From Aplysia californica (Eukaryota), in NCBI RefSeq assembly GCF_000002075.1, contig NW_004798067.1, forward strand, positions 173,110 to 234,851: a stretch of DNA of 61,742 nt. Reading direction: 5' to 3'. Positions 61,224 through 61,742 of the stretch are shown here, piece by piece (the first letter of the stretch is position 1; each line of letters opens with the position of its first letter). Below the pieces are notes generated by a model. It saw nothing but the letters and a program-made list of their open reading frames with translations. It was not told the origin of the DNA and did not search any database. A program made the position numbers and the translations under genes.

Positions 61224-61742
61224 TTTCTGTATTTTCTATCAAACTAAGCGCCGATGGGTAGTGTATTAGACGTGCTAAAATCACTCTCTTCCGCACAGCA
61301 TCAGGATCCCATTGACCAGTCTTGAAAAATGAAATAAAAAATTATAAGCCCTTTGTTGTCAACATCAGGTCAGTCTTTACAAATAGTACAAATGTGGACT
61401 TACACATCTAAAGATAACATGGTGAATGTCTCCAAGGAACACCCCTTTGTCTAGGCGGCAGGTGTAGGTAGATCGGCCACTGCACCGCATGGCCATAAAG
61501 TCATAAAACGCTTATGTGCTGACCAAGGGAGCATGGCTACGTACACTTGAACAACTGGGATTTGATGGGCCGTGGACATTGTACATTATCTGTTTTTGCT
61601 TTTTGGGATATTTAGAATTTGAATTAGCACACATACAAGCAATACTCCAGGTAAAAAAAAAATGCAATGAAAATTGTTTTCAAAATTTTAGGCTATGACA
61701 TTTTAAGAGCTTGCAGACAACACAAATATATCTATATATAAT

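Overview
Eukaryotic (invertebrate, most likely molluscan; this is an inference) genomic window with four N gaps. It holds five intron-containing host genes, reconstructed by hand with GT-AG boundaries and consistent phases: the 3' part of a lebercilin/LCA5-family gene (+, 3734-16124), GET1/WRB (-, 25823-30248), a MATCAP/KIAA0895-family tubulin carboxypeptidase (+, 33146-40342), COQ3 (-, 50430-58231) and the first coding exon of MPC1 (+, 58598-58653). GET1/MATCAP and COQ3/MPC1 are head-to-head pairs, and LCA5/GET1 are convergent, as GET1 and LCA5L are in human. The standout is a 3.3-kb CAC...GTG-terminated DNA transposon (14-3336) in an LCA5 intron. It encodes a decayed transposase with a RAG1-type N-terminal zinc-binding domain (Chapaev/N-RAG-TP-like), and its bipartite terminal repeats are offset by about one helical turn between the two ends. 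A second recurring oddity is tandem repeats that amplify real splice junctions at four exon boundaries in three genes. Introns and intergenic DNA carry many MITEs, tRNA-derived SINEs and RTE-LINE fragments.
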